Source of the DNA: Saccostrea echinata
Taxonomy: Eukaryota
Length of the DNA: 64,000 bases
NCBI RefSeq assembly: GCF_033153115.1
Contig: NW_026889830.1
Location: 1,240,001 to 1,304,000, forward strand
Direction of reading: 5' to 3'
Shown piece after piece: positions 62,053-64,000 of the stretch; position 1 is the first letter of the stretch, and each line of letters begins with the position of its first letter. Below the pieces are notes generated by a model. That model searched no databases. It was not told the origin of the DNA and worked only from the letters and a program-made list of their open reading frames with translations. The position numbers were made by a program, and so were the translations under genes.

Positions 62053-64000
62053 TTAGAAGTATTCTGCAATTTCCTTACTGGCATGTTCCTTATGAACGAA
62101 TTTAAATATATATTTTTGTGTCTAACTAACCTGTCCTTCCTCCACAACGCTGGAGACATTGGCCTACAGTTACGAATCTATTGTTGTTTCCGTCGCAGCC
62201 TCTATAGGAAAAGCTGACACATTGACCGGTGACGCTGTTATATCCCCATCTGTCAGAAGGGAAAATGCCGTTACCTGGTTCTATTGGAAGCTCGCAAAGA
62301 TCAGCTAAATAACAAACCAAAAATGATTAAGTTTTAATACGATTTACTGTTAAAAATGGATGATGTTGGAATAGAACTAGTAAAAGTTTAATAAAAAATA
62401 TTTACATTTCCAAATATTTTTCCTTAAGATTCTTTGCAAATTAAAAGACTGTTCATTTTCTCATGAACTACCATGAATGAGCATGAATATCTCTATTGTT
62501 ACGTCATAATACCATACTTGACGTCAAAACTATAGTGCAAATTGTTTTGCTTTAAAAATGACAGTTGAATTGTGGCAACTCATCAGAAAAATAATGTAAA
62601 TATAAGAAATGAATTTAATTTTTGAAAATTCATGAGGTACATGAACTACCACGCTTCACGCCGGCATATTTATCATGAAGCGCTAACGCGCTTCATGAAA
62701 TATGCCGGCGTGAAGCGTCGTAGTTCATGTCCTCATGAATCTTCAAAAATTAAATTCATTTCTTAATTATATAAAAGTGCCAACTACAACTAAGTGTGCT
62801 ATATAAACACGTGACAATCAATGGGTGAGGATTTTATACTGAGGACTAGCAGTCTTTGAATTAAACTTACATTTACTTGAGTCAGCCATTCATTGTGCAT
62901 ATTATACTTACGGCAACCATTGTACTTATACATGTAATATCTATGGCAACCATTGTACTTATACATGTAATATCTATGGCAACCATTGTACTTATACATA
63001 TAATACCCACTGCATCTAATGTACCTTTGAATCCCTGACAAAAATTAACTTAAGTTAACTATGGTTTTCTACATTTGATACTTTGATTTACTGTGAAACT
63101 TTACTCGAACTATTTTTTGTAGAGATTTCATAACTTAAAATCTCTTAAATTCAATAATAATAATGTGACATTTGGAACTAATATGTGACTATACAAGTAA
63201 TAGTTCAATTGCAATAAATATAAAAAAAGAAAACGTGCATGTTTGAATTGAAAAACATCAAACATTACAATCTGAAACCTTTGATTTACGATGGTAAAAA
63301 CTTTGATACTACAGTAGATTATAGTAAACTTTAGTTGACTAGAGTATTTTTGTTAGGGATGTAGTACTTGCGGTAACCATGATTGTCCTTAAACATGTAA
63401 TACTTACGGCAACGAAAATACTTATACATGTAATACTCACGACAATTGATTTACTTATTTATGTAATACTCACGACAATTGATTTACTTATACATGTAAT
63501 ACTCACGACAATTGATTTACTTATTTATGTAATACTTACGATAATGAAACACCTTTAAATGAATACCTACCGAAACCATTGTCCTTATACGTGAAAAATT
63601 ATGGCAACCGATGCACTTATACAGATAATACACTAAAGGCAACAATATACTTATACATGTTATACCTTCGGCAACCAATGTACTTATACAAGTAATACGT
63701 AAAACAACAAAAGTATTTATACATGTAATACTTACGACAATGCATTATTGTACAATGAACTTGCCAAGGCTCTGCGCAATAGCATCTATTGCAACCATCG
63801 GAAGCAGGAAAGCGTTCTCCGACGTTGTAGAAGCAACCATTATAAAGACAATATCCTATTATATGGAAAACAAAGGTGGAAGGATAAGGTATAACTTAAA
63901 AAAGATTCAGCTACTTCAAAAATGATATGTATGAGCAAATCTCTGTAAGGGCTTAAATATTCTTAGTACCTGTGGATCCGATTCTGCTGAAACGTTCCCT
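62053..64000 (-). CDS. Second pacifastin-like + Kunitz inhibitor gene, 5'-partial; complement join(>64000..63970,63855..63736,62304..62131,62063..62053)
   Basis: ..RERFSRIGSTG|YCLYNGCFYNVGERFPASDGCNRCYCAEPWQVHCTIMHCP|DLCELPIEPGNGIFPSDRWGYNSVTGQCVSFSYRGCDGNNNRFVTVGQCLQRCGGRT|EYF*; GT-AG, phase 1 throughout; 120-nt exon same length as in the paralogue. Confidence 0.85.
62603..62765. repeat. Near-perfect 163-bp foldback palindrome (MITE-like) in an intron
   Basis: taagaaatgaatttaatttttgaa...gcttcacgccggcatattt...atgaagcgc-taac-gcgcttcat...aaatatgccggcgtgaagc...ttcaaaaattaaattcatttctta. Confidence 0.9.
62895..63740 (-). repeat. 33-bp minisatellite beginning at the exon donor site, interrupted by a MITE
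   Basis: Minus-strand unit gtaagtattacatgtataagtacaatggttgcc at 62895-63030 and 63360-63740. Confidence 0.85.
63033..63358. mobile_element. CCCT(A/G)ACAAAAA-terminated MITE, same family as 22856-23075
   Basis: at-ccctgacaaaaa ... tttttgttaggg-at, 2-bp TSD. Confidence 0.7.

Overview
AT-rich, intron-containing animal DNA, most likely an oyster-type bivalve (inferred from Cg170-like satellite inside Helentron-type elements and Meta/Deu-domain SINEs). Nearly all ORFs in the supplied track are artefacts of repeats; the real genes are small and spliced, and I reconstructed them by hand from GT-AG sites and phase. They form a cluster of small secreted Cys-rich proteins. (1) A tandem pair of signal-peptide/6-Cys/GPI-signal genes: one intact (17863-25206, 129 aa) and one pseudogene (7030-10486); the C-x8-C-x7-C-x27-C spacing matches neuritin/CPG15 and partly RGM-N. 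(2) An intact beta-microseminoprotein-like gene (36860-38316). (3) Two paralogous minus-strand pacifastin-like + Kunitz inhibitor genes (39926-43299 and 62053->64000); both have one extra Cys in the first domain and lack Kunitz Cys2. (4) A PAN/apple + fibrinogen (FReD) pseudogene (54038-58527) with three in-frame stops. The rest is a dense TE landscape: tRNA-derived SINEs (one family with a head resembling an unspliced pre-tRNA-Tyr with a CUA anticodon), Helentron non-autonomous elements with satellite arrays, Tc1/mariner, Kolobok and Penelope-like remnants, MITEs, two minisatellites, and a 131-N assembly gap.
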